Assembly: GCA_015058185.1 (NCBI GenBank)
Contig: SVCV01000001.1
Span: 17,869-81,868 of the forward strand
Length of the DNA: 64,000 bases
Direction of reading: 5' to 3'
Origin: Clostridiales bacterium
Lineage (GTDB): Bacteria; Bacillota; Clostridia; Peptostreptococcales; Anaerovoracaceae
The translations under genes were made by a program, and so were the position numbers. Under the pieces are notes generated by a model. The model made no database searches. It was given only the letters and a program-made list of their open reading frames with translations, and had not been told where the DNA came from. Below are positions 28,581-39,106 of the stretch, in pieces (the stretch's first letter is position 1; the number at the start of each line of letters is the position of its first letter).

Positions 28581-31500
28581 AATTCGGGCTCCCCTGGAAT
28601 TTCAGCCGCTTCGGAATGCTGCGGTCTCTGCCCGGGGAACAGTGAATGTATCGGGAATATCTGAAAGCCGAGTAGCGCCGGTAGCGGCGCTTCTTTTTGA
28701 CTTGCTGAAAAAACAGTGCCTGATCGTTACTTCCAATTATGAAAAAGCGAAAAAACTGGCGGGAGATCTTTCCTTTTTTGCGGAAGCTCCCGTTTATTGT
28801 TTGCCTGAGGAAGATTCCCTTCGGATCCATTACGATGCGAAAAGCAGAGACGGTCTTCAGAAACGGCTGGCCGTTATGGAAGCATTGGTTTCCGGAAAAC
28901 CCTGTATCGTGGTACTTCCTGCTTCCGCTGCGGTAAAACCTTTGTCGCCTCCTGCACTGTTCCGGGAGCGGCAGATTTTGCTGCAGGCCGGTGAGGAAGT
29001 GGATTTGGAGGAATTAAAACAGAAACTGGTGCTGTTTGGCTATGAGCGCATGTCTGTAGCGGAATCTCCCGGTCAGTTTGCTTTGCGGGGCGGCATCCTG
29101 GATGTCTATCCCCCCGGAGCCCCAAGTCCTCTCCGTGTGGAATTTTTTGATACGGAAGTGGACTCCGTCCGAACCTACCATCCGGAGACCCAAAGATCTT
29201 TGGAAATGCTGGATGAGGCGGTGATCTATCCCGCATCTCCTTTCCTTATCGAAAGTGAGGAGTCTGCGGAACAGGCTGCGGACAGGATCCGAAAGACCTA
29301 TAAGGATTTTGCCAAAAAACTTTCCGATGAGACCAGGGAGCGGGCGGAAAACCGCCGGGATCAGCTGTTGGAAGCTCTTGAGACCCGCAGCAACCTTCCT
29401 CTTTTGGAAAATTACATCCATTACTTTTATGAAGAACCCTCCTTCCTTTGGGATTACATGGAGAAGGATGGCTTTGTCATGGTAGATGATCCGGACCGGG
29501 TCCGGGAACTTTTGGAACTGCGGGATAAAGAAGGCGCCGAAGACTTTAAGGCCCTGATGGAACGGGGCGAGGCGGCTCCTGCAGATGCAGATCTCTTCCT
29601 GACGGAACGGCATCTTTCCGGTATTTACCGGGGACGCCGTGCCTTTGTCTTTACCCCTTTCCAAAAACAGATCCGGGGGATCTCTTCTTTGGATTCCAGC
29701 ATTCATATCGTTTCCAAGCAGCCGCCGGTATTCAATGGCCGGATGGACTTTCTGGAAACGGAGCTGAAGCGGTATGTAAAGCTTCGGTACCGGATCCTTT
29801 TGGTTTGCTCTACGGAAGAGCGGCGGGAAAATCTGCAGAACTTCATCGATCGCTGCGATCTTACCGGACGGGTATTTGCGGATACCGGCAATTTGACCGG
29901 CGGTATGGAATTCCCGGATGAAAAACTGGTGATCCTGAGCGATAAAGATATCTTTGTCACCACCAAGCGCAAGAGAACCAAGTCCTCCCGGGAGGGCGCA
30001 CCCATTAAAGCCTTTACGGATATCCGAAAGGGTGACTTTGTGGTCCACGAAAGCCACGGCATCGGGAAATTTGAAGGGGTGGAACAGCTGACGGTTCAGG
30101 GGATCCGCAGCGATTACCTGAAAGTTCGTTACGCCGGGGAAGATATGCTTTACATTCCCGTGGACCAAATGGATCTGATCCAAAAGTATGTAGGTGCGGA
30201 GGGCATTGCCCCCAGGATCAATAAATTGTCCGGCGGCGAGTGGAAAAAGACCCGCGCGAAAACCAAGGCTGCCATCAAGGATATGGCGGCGGAATTGCTG
30301 GCTCTTTCTGCAGCCCGAAAGATGGAGGTGGGTTATGCCTTCCCTTCGGATAGTCTGTGGCAGAAAGAATTTGAAGATCTCTTCCCCTACGAAGAGACCG
30401 ATGACCAGCTACGCTGCGTGCAGGAGATCAAGCGGGACATGGAAAAGGCTTACCCCATGGACCGGCTTCTTTGCGGCGATGTGGGCTATGGCAAAACGGA
30501 AGTTGCTGCCCGGGCTATTTTTAAATGTTTGGCGGAAGGAAAGCAGGCGGCTTTGTTGGTTCCCACTACACTTCTTGCCAACCAGCATTACTATACATTT
30601 AAAGAACGGCTGAAGGATTTTCCCTTTCACGTGGAACTCCTTTGCCGGTTCCGCACGGATAAACAGCAGGATGCCATTATCGAAAAGCTGAACAAGGGCG
30701 AAGTGGATCTGGTGGTGGGCACCCATCGGCTTTTGTCGAAGGATGTCAAATTCAAGGATTTGGGCCTTCTTGTCATCGACGAGGAACAGCGCTTTGGCGT
30801 CCAGCATAAAGAGTCCATCAAACAGCTTCGAAAGAGTGTGGATGTCCTGTCTTTATCGGCAACACCCATCCCCAGAACTCTTCACATGTCTCTTATCGGG
30901 ATCCGGGATATGAGTCTGATCGAGGAGCCTCCCGAAGAGCGATATCCGGTGCAGACCTATGTTATGGAGCAGGATGATGCTATGATGGCGGAAGCCATTC
31001 GCCGGGAACTGGATCGGGGCGGTCAGGTTTATGTGATCTACAATCGGGTCCGGGGGATCCAGAAGATCGCGGCCCATATCCGGGAAATGATCCCCGAAGC
31101 CTCCGTTGTTACGGCCCATGGCCAAATGAACGAAAAGACTTTGGAAGACATTATGGTGGACTTCGTACACAACGAGTACAACGTGCTGGTCGCCACCACC
31201 ATTATTGAATCCGGCATCGATATTCCCAACGTAAATACCCTGATCATTCTGGAAGCGGATCACTTCGGACTTTCCCAGCTTTATCAGCTTCGGGGAAGAG
31301 TAGGGCGGTCCAACCGCATGGCCTACGCCTATTTGCTGTACCAAAGAAATAAGATCCTATCGGAAACGGCGGAAAAACGTCTGCGGGCCATTCGGGAGTT
31401 TACCGAATTCGGCTCCGGTTTTCGGATCGCTATGCGGGATCTGGAGATCCGGGGTGCAGGCAACCTTCTGGGGACCGAACAGTCCGGTCACATGATGCAG

Positions 31501-32013
31501 GTAGGGTATGAACTCTACTGCAAGATGGTAGACGATGCTGTTAAAGAGCTTTCCGGTGAACCGGTACGGGAAGAGGGCCCTGAGACTTCCATCGAAATGG
31601 ATGTGGAAGCCTACCTGCCGGAAGAGTACATCGGGGATGAGTTTCAGAAGCTGGATATGTATAAGAAGATCGCCTCTATTCGTTCCCAGGAAGATTGGGA
31701 AGAGGTCATGGACGAACTGATGGACCGGTTCGGAACCCCTCCCAGAGCGGCGGAAAATCTGACAAGGGTAGCGCTGATCCGCGCCCTTGCGGAAAAGGCG
31801 GGCATTTCCCGGATCCACAGAGAACAGGGAAAGACCATTTACGACTTCCAGCATCCTTCGGTCCTTACTGCACCCAAGGCCATGGAGATGGTTTCTATTT
31901 ACGGGAATCGCCTCATGATCTATGCGGGAAGCAACCCGTACATGAAGTGTTCCGGAGAAGATCGTCACCGGCTGAAGGATACCCTGGAATTTTTGACAAA
32001 CTTTTTGAAGTAG
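28573..32013 (+). CDS. mfd: transcription-repair coupling factor
   Basis: 1146 aa with a CarD_TRCF RNAP-interacting domain, DEAD/DEAH helicase motifs (GDVGYGKTEVA, DEEQRFG) and a TRCF C-terminal domain. Confidence 0.96.
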   Translation: MSKIRAPLEFQPLRNAAVSARGTVNVSGISESRVAPVAALLFDLLKKQCLIVTSNYEKAKKLAGDLSFFAEAPVYCLPEEDSLRIHYDAKSRDGLQKRLAVMEALVSGKPCIVVLPASAAVKPLSPPALFRERQILLQAGEEVDLEELKQKLVLFGYERMSVAESPGQFALRGGILDVYPPGAPSPLRVEFFDTEVDSVRTYHPETQRSLEMLDEAVIYPASPFLIESEESAEQAADRIRKTYKDFAKKLSDETRERAENRRDQLLEALETRSNLPLLENYIHYFYEEPSFLWDYMEKDGFVMVDDPDRVRELLELRDKEGAEDFKALMERGEAAPADADLFLTERHLSGIYRGRRAFVFTPFQKQIRGISSLDSSIHIVSKQPPVFNGRMDFLETELKRYVKLRYRILLVCSTEERRENLQNFIDRCDLTGRVFADTGNLTGGMEFPDEKLVILSDKDIFVTTKRKRTKSSREGAPIKAFTDIRKGDFVVHESHGIGKFEGVEQLTVQGIRSDYLKVRYAGEDMLYIPVDQMDLIQKYVGAEGIAPRINKLSGGEWKKTRAKTKAAIKDMAAELLALSAARKMEVGYAFPSDSLWQKEFEDLFPYEETDDQLRCVQEIKRDMEKAYPMDRLLCGDVGYGKTEVAARAIFKCLAEGKQAALLVPTTLLANQHYYTFKERLKDFPFHVELLCRFRTDKQQDAIIEKLNKGEVDLVVGTHRLLSKDVKFKDLGLLVIDEEQRFGVQHKESIKQLRKSVDVLSLSATPIPRTLHMSLIGIRDMSLIEEPPEERYPVQTYVMEQDDAMMAEAIRRELDRGGQVYVIYNRVRGIQKIAAHIREMIPEASVVTAHGQMNEKTLEDIMVDFVHNEYNVLVATTIIESGIDIPNVNTLIILEADHFGLSQLYQLRGRVGRSNRMAYAYLLYQRNKILSETAEKRLRAIREFTEFGSGFRIAMRDLEIRGAGNLLGTEQSGHMMQVGYELYCKMVDDAVKELSGEPVREEGPETSIEMDVEAYLPEEYIGDEFQKLDMYKKIASIRSQEDWEEVMDELMDRFGTPPRAAENLTRVALIRALAEKAGISRIHREQGKTIYDFQHPSVLTAPKAMEMVSIYGNRLMIYAGSNPYMKCSGEDRHRLKDTLEFLTNFLK

Positions 32014-32021
32014 TGTATACT
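31993..32021 (+). promoter_or_regulatory. sigma-A type promoter (TTGACA-17-TATACT) spanning the mfd stop codon, for the prsA-like gene
   Basis: TTGACA at 31993-31998, 17-nt spacer, TATACT at 32016-32021. Confidence 0.55.
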
Positions 32022-32073
32022 ATTATAATCATTATGAAAAACAGCCGATTTTCGGCTGCACAAAGGAGAAACT

Positions 32074-33021
32074 ATGAAACGGGTATTGGCTTTAATTTTA
32101 GTGCTGCTTCTGGTCGTTGGCATGACCGCCTGCGGCGAAGGTAAAAACGATGATGTTTATGCCAAGATCGGAGAACAGACCATCAGCATGCAGGAGTTTG
32201 AAGACTATCGTCTCCTCATGATGAACAGCTACGACTTCTACTATTTTGATTACTATTTCGGCATCGACCTGAGTGACGACTCGGAAGAGAATCAGGTAAA
32301 TATCAACGGCTACAAGAGAGCAAAGCTCCAGGAACTGGTCAACCTGCATGTTTTGGAAAATTACTATGCAGGAAAGATGGACGAGATCCGTCCCGATGAT
32401 TATGATGCACAGTACCAGAAAGCCCTGGATTCCTGGCACGAAAACTTCGACTACATGGCTTTCCCCATGAGAGAAGATTATCCGGACTCCATGCTGGAAC
32501 TGTACTTCAACGGTCAGTTTACCCAGGCTGCCATTTACGATGAACTGGCTGCTGCAAAGCCCGGTTTCGATATCGAATGCCAGGCTTACTACGAAGAAAA
32601 TAAGGAAGCTTTCGTTCTCGGCGAACGCCGGGCCAGCCACATTCAGCTGGACGACGAAGCTACCGCCAAAAAGGTAAAGGCTAAGCTGGATGCCGGTGCA
32701 GACTTTGCAGAAATGGCTGCAGAATATTCCGTTGACGAAGCCACCAAGAACAATGGCGGCGACATCGGTTACTTCAAGAGCGGTGACACCGTTCCCGAAT
32801 TTGAAGAGGCTGCATTCTCTCTGGAAGCAGGCGAGATCTGCGAACCCGTAAAGAGCTCCTTCGGTTGGCACATCATCATGGTTACCGACGTTCGGGAATA
32901 CACTCCCTATGAAGAGGCTCTGCCTCAGATCCGTCAGGCACTGCTCTACGATTCCTACACCGACAAGATGGAAAAGCTGTCCAAGGAAATGGGCGTTGAA
33001 ATTCTGAAGGAATTCAAATAA
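32074..33021 (+). CDS. lipoprotein peptidyl-prolyl isomerase, parvulin (PpiC/PrsA) type
   Basis: Lipobox GMTAC. Parvulin domain motifs ASHIQL, GGDIGYF, FGWHII. Confidence 0.88.
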   Translation: MKRVLALILVLLLVVGMTACGEGKNDDVYAKIGEQTISMQEFEDYRLLMMNSYDFYYFDYYFGIDLSDDSEENQVNINGYKRAKLQELVNLHVLENYYAGKMDEIRPDDYDAQYQKALDSWHENFDYMAFPMREDYPDSMLELYFNGQFTQAAIYDELAAAKPGFDIECQAYYEENKEAFVLGERRASHIQLDDEATAKKVKAKLDAGADFAEMAAEYSVDEATKNNGGDIGYFKSGDTVPEFEEAAFSLEAGEICEPVKSSFGWHIIMVTDVREYTPYEEALPQIRQALLYDSYTDKMEKLSKEMGVEILKEFK

Positions 33022-33033
33022 GGAGGGCGAAAT

Positions 33034-33300
33034 ATGGCTTTCTTGGATAAAGTTACAGATCTGACCCGGGCCGCTGCAAAGAAGTCCGGTGAAATGGTAG
33101 AGGCCGGCAAGGTTGCTGTTGAGATCAGCAAGCTGCGCTCTGAAATCAAGGATATTCACATTGAGATCGGCAAGGTCGTCTGCAGGCTGAACAATGCCGG
33201 GATCTCGTTAAATCCGGAACTTCGCTACATGTGCGAGGAAGTGGAAGAAAAGCTGAGAGCTATCGAAGCTTTGGAAGCGGAAAAAGAAATGGAAAAATAA
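33034..33300 (+). CDS. hypothetical small coiled-coil protein (88 aa)
   Basis: AAGGAGG lies 7 nt upstream and a terminator follows. I recognise no family. Confidence 0.55.
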   Translation: MAFLDKVTDLTRAAAKKSGEMVEAGKVAVEISKLRSEIKDIHIEIGKVVCRLNNAGISLNPELRYMCEEVEEKLRAIEALEAEKEMEK

Positions 33301-33306
33301 AAAGAA

Positions 33307-33329
33307 AAGGCCTCCGATTTGGAGGCCTT
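33307..33329. terminator. bidirectional terminator between the small ORF and convergent radA
   Basis: AAGGCCTCC-GATTT-GGAGGCCTT. Confidence 0.75.
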
Positions 33330-33332
33330 ACT

Positions 33333-34706
33333 TTATTCGGTAAACTTTCGGATGGCATCCCGCAGGTTTCCTACGGGGATCAGTTCAATATCTTTTGCAA
33401 TGTCGGCTGATTTGACGGCATTTTTTACAGGAAGGAAGATCCTGGTGAATCCCATTCTTACGGCTTCCCGGATGATCTTATCGCTGTTTCGGACAGAGCG
33501 AAGTTCTCCGGTCAGACCGATCTCGCCGATGGCAAGAGTTCTTGCGCAGCTTCCGATGCCCTTGTAGGCGGAGTAGATGGCCAGTGCAGCCGCCAGGTCC
33601 GTGGAGGTTCCCTCAGGGCGAAGGCCTCCTACGATGTTGACGTAAACGTCCTGGCCTTGTAAAGAGATCCCGGCCTTTCGTTCCAGAACGGCTAAGATCA
33701 TGTTCAGCCGGGTGGCGTCGATGCCTAAGCTGGTTCTTCTGGGGAATCCTGCATTGGAGGGAGCGGTCAATGCCTGGATCTCCAAAAGCAGGGGACGGGT
33801 CCCTTCATAAACGGCGGTGGCCATGGCACCCTCTGCACCGTCTTCCAGCCCTTCCAAAAAGCTTCCGGACAGGTTTTCCACTTCCAGGAGACCGTCCTCC
33901 GCCATTTCGAAGGCGCCGATCTCGCTGGTGGTTCCGAAGCGGTTTTTATAGGATCGCAGGATCCGCAGTTCCTGATTTCGCTCGCCGGTGAAATTCAGGA
34001 CGCAGTCTACTAAATGTTCGATGATCTTGGGGCCGGCCAAATCGCCGCTTTTCGTCACGTGGGCAACGATAAAGACGGGGATATCCAATCCCTTTCCGGC
34101 TCTCATAAGAAGGTTGGCGCAGGCCCGGACCTGGGACACGCTTCCCGGGGCAGATTCCAGCTCACCGGAGTACATGGTTTGGATAGAGTCGATAATGAGG
34201 AAGGCCGGCTTCAGCTGCTCCACAGCGTCCATGACTTCTTCCATATTGGTTTCGGCTAAAAGGAAAAGTTCCTCCACACCGTCCTTGCAGACCCGGTCAG
34301 CCCGAAGCTTGATCTGTTCCTCCGACTCTTCTCCGGAGACATAGAGAACTCTGCCGATGGTTTTTGCGATTTTCGCAGCTGCCTGGATGATCAGGGTGGA
34401 TTTCCCGATTCCCGGTTCTCCGGAGATCAATGTCAGGGATCCTTGCACCAAACCGCCGCCCAGTACCCGATTCAGTTCGTTGATCCCGGTGTCCAATCGA
34501 ATATGTTCGCCGGAGCGGACGTCCTTTAAGGGCATTGCCTTGGCTTTCTTTTCCGGACTTCTCCGACGGGCATCGGATTCTTTCACAGGAAGAACTTTCT
34601 CTTCCACAAAGGTATTCCATGCTCCGCAGATGCACTGTCCCATCCATTTGGGGCTTTCGTAGCCGCATTCCTGGCATACAAATATAGTTTTTCCGGCCTT
34701 GGCCAT
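33333..34706 (-). CDS. radA: DNA repair protein RadA (Sms)
   Basis: N-terminal zinc ribbon (CQECGYESPKWMGQC), Walker A GEPGIGKST, and a Lon-like C-terminal domain. The ATG at 34706 follows AAGGAG. Confidence 0.95.
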   Translation of the reverse strand: MAKAGKTIFVCQECGYESPKWMGQCICGAWNTFVEEKVLPVKESDARRRSPEKKAKAMPLKDVRSGEHIRLDTGINELNRVLGGGLVQGSLTLISGEPGIGKSTLIIQAAAKIAKTIGRVLYVSGEESEEQIKLRADRVCKDGVEELFLLAETNMEEVMDAVEQLKPAFLIIDSIQTMYSGELESAPGSVSQVRACANLLMRAGKGLDIPVFIVAHVTKSGDLAGPKIIEHLVDCVLNFTGERNQELRILRSYKNRFGTTSEIGAFEMAEDGLLEVENLSGSFLEGLEDGAEGAMATAVYEGTRPLLLEIQALTAPSNAGFPRRTSLGIDATRLNMILAVLERKAGISLQGQDVYVNIVGGLRPEGTSTDLAAALAIYSAYKGIGSCARTLAIGEIGLTGELRSVRNSDKIIREAVRMGFTRIFLPVKNAVKSADIAKDIELIPVGNLRDAIRKFTE

Positions 34707-34793
34707 GATGTTCTCCTTTATCTTTTTCCATGTTCGTTTCATTTATGGTATACTAATTTAAATCCCAATGCAAGAAGAAAGGATCTTTTGGAT

Positions 34794-35405
34794 ATGATAA
34801 TTGTAGCAGCAACCAACAACCGTCACAAGCTGGAAGAGATCGGTGCCATTACCGCTTCTTTTGATATGGAGCTTTTGTCCCGGAAAGAGGCCGGTGCCGA
34901 TGGCTTTGAAATTGAAGAGGATGGAACCACCTTTGAGGAGAACTCGCTGAAGAAGGCAAAGACCATTATGGAAGTTTCCGGAAAGCCTTCCCTTGCGGAT
35001 GATTCCGGCCTTGCGGTGGATTTCCTCGATGGCGCTCCCGGAGTGTATTCCGCCCGCTTTGCCGGAGAGGATGGCAATGATGCCAAAAACAATGCAAAGC
35101 TTTTGGATCTGATGAAGGATGTTCCGGAAGAACAGCGGGGTGCTGCTTTTGTTTCCGTCATTACATTGGTGTTCCCCGACGGCGAAACATTGGTCGCCAG
35201 GGGCGAGTGCCGGGGTCGGATCCTGTATGAACTGCAGGGGGAAAATGGGTTTGGGTATGATCCCCTCTTCGTTCCTGAAGGCTTTGATAAGAGCTTTGGG
35301 GAATTGTCTGCGGAGGAAAAGAACCGGATCAGCCACCGGGCCAGGGCACTTGTGGAACTGGAAAGGCAGTTGAAAGAAAGGCTTGGAAAAGAAACAGATC
35401 GTTAG
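34794..35405 (+). CDS. rdgB: non-canonical purine NTP pyrophosphatase (RdgB/HAM1)
   Basis: ATNN.HK..E, DDSGL.VD.L.G.PG.YSAR and FGYDP.F motifs. Confidence 0.92.
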   Translation: MIIVAATNNRHKLEEIGAITASFDMELLSRKEAGADGFEIEEDGTTFEENSLKKAKTIMEVSGKPSLADDSGLAVDFLDGAPGVYSARFAGEDGNDAKNNAKLLDLMKDVPEEQRGAAFVSVITLVFPDGETLVARGECRGRILYELQGENGFGYDPLFVPEGFDKSFGELSAEEKNRISHRARALVELERQLKERLGKETDR

Positions 35406-36228
35406 GCTGATAAGAGAAACTGTGAAACGAATGTGGGACCCGTATTATCAGGGGGCTGCGGCAGAACTTGCTTTCTGCTTCCTCCTGTCTATGGTTCCCA
35501 TTTTTATTTTGCTTGGATGGATCCTGAAATTTTTCTCTCTTTCCGTTGGTATCCTTCGGGAGATCCTTTTGGATTATGTTCCTGCAGAACTGGCAAACGG
35601 TTTGGCGGATTACCTTCACTATACGCCTGCGCCTGCCTCTTTGCCCTTGAACCTTATCTTTCTGGTGGTGGCGCTTTGGGCGGCCTCCCGGGGGATCTAT
35701 TCTTTGATCCGCATTTCCAATTACGCTTATACCGGCAGCGGTACCGGCCAGGGTTTTCTCCGGGAGAGGCTCCGGGCCATGTGGTCCGTTCTTCTTTTGG
35801 TGTTTATCCTCGTGCCCTGCCTGCTGATCCTGGCTTATGGAGACCTCATCTCCCAGGCTCTTTTCGGGCTGATCGAGCCTGCGGGCAATTTTGCAGGACT
35901 TCTGTGGAATATGTTTCGTTGGCCTTTGGGGCTTTTGATTTATTTTCTCGTGCTGAACAGTATCTATTACATTCTTCCCACGAAGAAACTTGCCTTTAAA
36001 AAATACATCCCGGGAAGCCTGGTGGCTTCGGCCGGGATGTTGGTTGGTACGTGGATCTATTCTTTTTTCGCTTACCGGGTAGGAAACTATGACTTTCTGT
36101 ACGGGAGCCTCGCTTCTGTAGCCGGTTTGCTTTTTTGGTTCTTATTCCTTGGATACGTACTGATCCTTGGGATCGTTTTGAATTCCGCTTATCTTGATCT
36201 TACTTGCAGAAGAAGTTTACAGCGATAA
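35383..36228 (+). CDS. YihY/BrkB family membrane protein
   Basis: AELAFCFLLSMVP motif and six predicted TM helices. The start is uncertain: TTG at 35383 (overlapping rdgB) or ATG at 35431. Confidence 0.8.
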   Translation: MEKKQIVRLIRETVKRMWDPYYQGAAAELAFCFLLSMVPIFILLGWILKFFSLSVGILREILLDYVPAELANGLADYLHYTPAPASLPLNLIFLVVALWAASRGIYSLIRISNYAYTGSGTGQGFLRERLRAMWSVLLLVFILVPCLLILAYGDLISQALFGLIEPAGNFAGLLWNMFRWPLGLLIYFLVLNSIYYILPTKKLAFKKYIPGSLVASAGMLVGTWIYSFFAYRVGNYDFLYGSLASVAGLLFWFLFLGYVLILGIVLNSAYLDLTCRRSLQR

Positions 36229-37360
36229 CATCTGCAGTGAAGATGGCGTTCTTAACAGCGTCATGGTCAACGGCATTGTCCAGCTCGATAAGGGTGTATG
36301 CATAATCGCCCTTGCTCTTGTTGATCATGTTGTCGATGTTTGCGCCTACTTCTGCCAGGTGGCTGGTGATCATGTTTACCATACCGGGAACGTTCTTGTG
36401 GAGGATACCTACGCGAACTGCCTTGGTGATGGGACCCATGCCGCAGCTGGGGAAGTTTACGGAATTGGTGATGTTGCCGTTTTCCAGGTAATCCATGATT
36501 TCCTTAACTGCCATTCTTGCGCAGTTTTCTTCGGATTCTTCCGTGGATGCACCCAGATGGGGAGTGGCGATAACACCCTTCTTGCCCTTGACCTTGTCAT
36601 TGGGGAAGTCGGTGATGTAGTGCTTCAGGTGACCGGCTTCCAGTGCAGCGATCACAGCACCTTCTTCTACGATTTTATCTCTTGCGAAGTTCAGCAGGCA
36701 AGCGCCGTCCTTCATCAGAGCCACCTTACCGGCATTGATCATGTTCTTGGTAGCGTCCATTGCGGGAACGTGGATGGTAACGAAATCGCACTTGGGCAGC
36801 AGCTTATCCATATCATCAACCAGTTCAACATGGTTGGACAGAGCGTGTGCACTGTGGATGGACATGTAGGGGTCATAACCGATTACGTTCATGCCCAGGC
36901 TTTCGGCTGCGTTGGCAACCAGAACGCCGATGGCACCCAGACCGATAACGCCTAAAGTCTGTCCCTGAATTTCGTGGCCGGCAAACTGGCTCTTACCCTT
37001 TTCAACAGCCTTGCTGATGTCTTCGGTCAGACCGTCTACCCAGTCCATAGCGGCGGGCAGGTTTCTGGAACCCATGAGCAGAGCGCCCAGAACCAGTTCC
37101 TTTACTGCGTTTGCGTTGGCGCCGGGGGTGTTGAAAACAACGATACCGGCTTCTGCGCACTTGTCCAGAGGAATATTGTTAACACCTGCACCTGCGCGGG
37201 CAATTGCCTTCAGGTTCTGGGAGAATTCCATGGAATGCATATCCTGGCTCCGAACCAGAATGCCTTCTGCTTCGTTTGCATCTTCGGTGATGGCATAGTT
37301 CTCTGTCAAAAGGGCCAATCCCTTGGGGGAGATCTTATTCAGTGTAGCGATTTTAAACAT
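36200..37360 (-). CDS. serA: D-3-phosphoglycerate dehydrogenase
   Basis: 2-hydroxyacid dehydrogenase fold, NAD motif GVIGLGAIG, a C-terminal ACT-like segment, and pairing with serC. The 3' end overlaps the convergent yihY-like gene by 29 nt. Confidence 0.9.
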   Translation of the reverse strand: MFKIATLNKISPKGLALLTENYAITEDANEAEGILVRSQDMHSMEFSQNLKAIARAGAGVNNIPLDKCAEAGIVVFNTPGANANAVKELVLGALLMGSRNLPAAMDWVDGLTEDISKAVEKGKSQFAGHEIQGQTLGVIGLGAIGVLVANAAESLGMNVIGYDPYMSIHSAHALSNHVELVDDMDKLLPKCDFVTIHVPAMDATKNMINAGKVALMKDGACLLNFARDKIVEEGAVIAALEAGHLKHYITDFPNDKVKGKKGVIATPHLGASTEESEENCARMAVKEIMDYLENGNITNSVNFPSCGMGPITKAVRVGILHKNVPGMVNMITSHLAEVGANIDNMINKSKGDYAYTLIELDNAVDHDAVKNAIFTADVIAVNFFCK

Positions 37361-37384
37361 TTTTATTCTCCTTAAGCGTTATGC

Positions 37385-38476
37385 TTATGCGTTTTCTTTT
37401 TCGAAACGGTGCATGAAGTCGATGAGCTTATCAACGCCGGATTCGGGCATTGCGTTGTAGATGCTTGCTCTCATGCCGCCTACGCTTCTGTGTCCGCCCA
37501 GGTTTACCAGACCTTCGGCCTTGGCGTCTGCTACGAACTTCTTATCCAGAGTTTCGTCGCCGGTTACGAAAACGACGTTCATCAGGGAACGGTCTTCCTT
37601 AACTACGGGGCAGCGGAACATCTTGCTTTCGTCGATGGCGTCGTACAGCTTTGCAGCCTTTCTCTTGTTGATCTCTTCCATAGCCTTCAGGCCGCCCAGG
37701 TTCTTGAGCCACTTGAAGGTCAGGCCGGCAATGTAGATGCCGAATGTGGGAGGAGTGTTGTACATGGAACCGTTGTCAGCCTGGGTCTTGTAGTCAAGCA
37801 TGGTAGGGCAGTTGGGACCGGCATGGCCGATGAGGTCTTCCCGGATGATGGCCAGGGTTACGCCTGCGGGACCGATGTTCTTCTGTGCACCGGCGGTGAT
37901 GAGGCCGAACTTGGTTACGTCAACTTCTTCGGACAGGATGCAGGAAGACATGTCGGTTACCAGGGGAACGTCACCGGTTTCGGGCAGCCAGTTGTAGTGA
38001 GTGCCGTAGATGGTGTTGTTCAGGGTAATGTAGAAATAGTCAGCATCCTTGGAATAGGTTGCGGGATCGGGCTTGGGAATGTAGGTGAAGATATCGGCTT
38101 CGGAGCTGGCCAGAATGTTTACAGTACCGAACTTCTTTGCTTCGGATGCTGCCTTCTTTGCCCAGGTACCGGTTACAATGAAGTCTGCCTTCTTGGAGTT
38201 CCGGAACAGATTCAGGGGAATCTGTGCGAACTGCATGCTTTCGCCGCCCTGCAGGAAGAGAACCTTGTAGTTGTCGGGAATGTTCATCAGGTCTCTCAGA
38301 TCCTGTTCGGCGGTATCGATAATATTTTGATAGTCCTTAGATCGATGGCTCATTTCCATTACAGACATGCCGCTGCCGTTGCAGTTCAGCATATCTCTGG
38401 CTGCCTGTTCCATAACTTCTACGGGAAGAATGGAGGGACCTGCGGAAAAGTTGATTACTCGTTCATTAAAGCTCAT
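37385..38476 (-). CDS. serC: 3-phosphoserine aminotransferase
   Basis: NFSAGPS start motif and class V aminotransferase features. I chose the ATG at 38476, 9 nt after GGAGG. Confidence 0.93.
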   Translation of the reverse strand: MSFNERVINFSAGPSILPVEVMEQAARDMLNCNGSGMSVMEMSHRSKDYQNIIDTAEQDLRDLMNIPDNYKVLFLQGGESMQFAQIPLNLFRNSKKADFIVTGTWAKKAASEAKKFGTVNILASSEADIFTYIPKPDPATYSKDADYFYITLNNTIYGTHYNWLPETGDVPLVTDMSSCILSEEVDVTKFGLITAGAQKNIGPAGVTLAIIREDLIGHAGPNCPTMLDYKTQADNGSMYNTPPTFGIYIAGLTFKWLKNLGGLKAMEEINKRKAAKLYDAIDESKMFRCPVVKEDRSLMNVVFVTGDETLDKKFVADAKAEGLVNLGGHRSVGGMRASIYNAMPESGVDKLIDFMHRFEKENA

Positions 38477-38624
38477 ATTCATACGCCTCCTAAGCATTAA
38501 ATATACTCATCAGTATATCACAATTCAGATGGAAGTTTAAAGTCCTTTTAGTGATAATTTTAACGATTTTTGAAGGTTTTTTTGGTTTCGTGATACAGTT
38601 TGGTGTATTTCGGAACCGGCGGTT

Positions 38625-38909
38625 TTAAACGCTGTATTTTTCAAGAATCGTTTCTTCTACATATTCGTTTTTGATTTTCCCGAGAGCGAGAAAATGCTCT
38701 TCTTTTGTGTGGGCGGCAAAGGCTTCTTCATCGTTCCATTTCTCCAGAAGAAAGATCCGGTCATCGCCTTCCAACGGAATATGGTATTCGTAGGCGACAT
38801 TTCCTTCTTCTGCTCTGGACTTTTCGGCCATCTGCAGTTCACGCACTTTTGCGAGAAAAGAATCTCTCATGCCGGGTTTGGTAATGTAGGTCACATTCAA
38901 TACAAGCAT
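38625..38909 (-). CDS. antibiotic-biosynthesis-monooxygenase (ABM, ferredoxin-like dimeric alpha-beta barrel) family protein
   Basis: 94 aa with a pattern typical of ABM/YgiN-like proteins (..EKW.D.EA...H....HF). Confidence 0.7.
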   Translation of the reverse strand: MLVLNVTYITKPGMRDSFLAKVRELQMAEKSRAEEGNVAYEYHIPLEGDDRIFLLEKWNDEEAFAAHTKEEHFLALGKIKNEYVEETILEKYSV

Positions 38910-39106
38910 GGCATTCTCCTTTTTGTGTCTGTTCAGCCATGAAAATCTGCGTTTTCGAGGCTTTTACCTGATTATACTCCTTCCTCTTTTTTTTGCAAGG
39001 AAGATTCGGATTTTTACCATTTTTTTCACGGAAACTCCATTTGCGGAACTTATGACAATATGCTACAATATTCTATTATGAAATGCGATCATCAACGGAG
39101 GCTGTT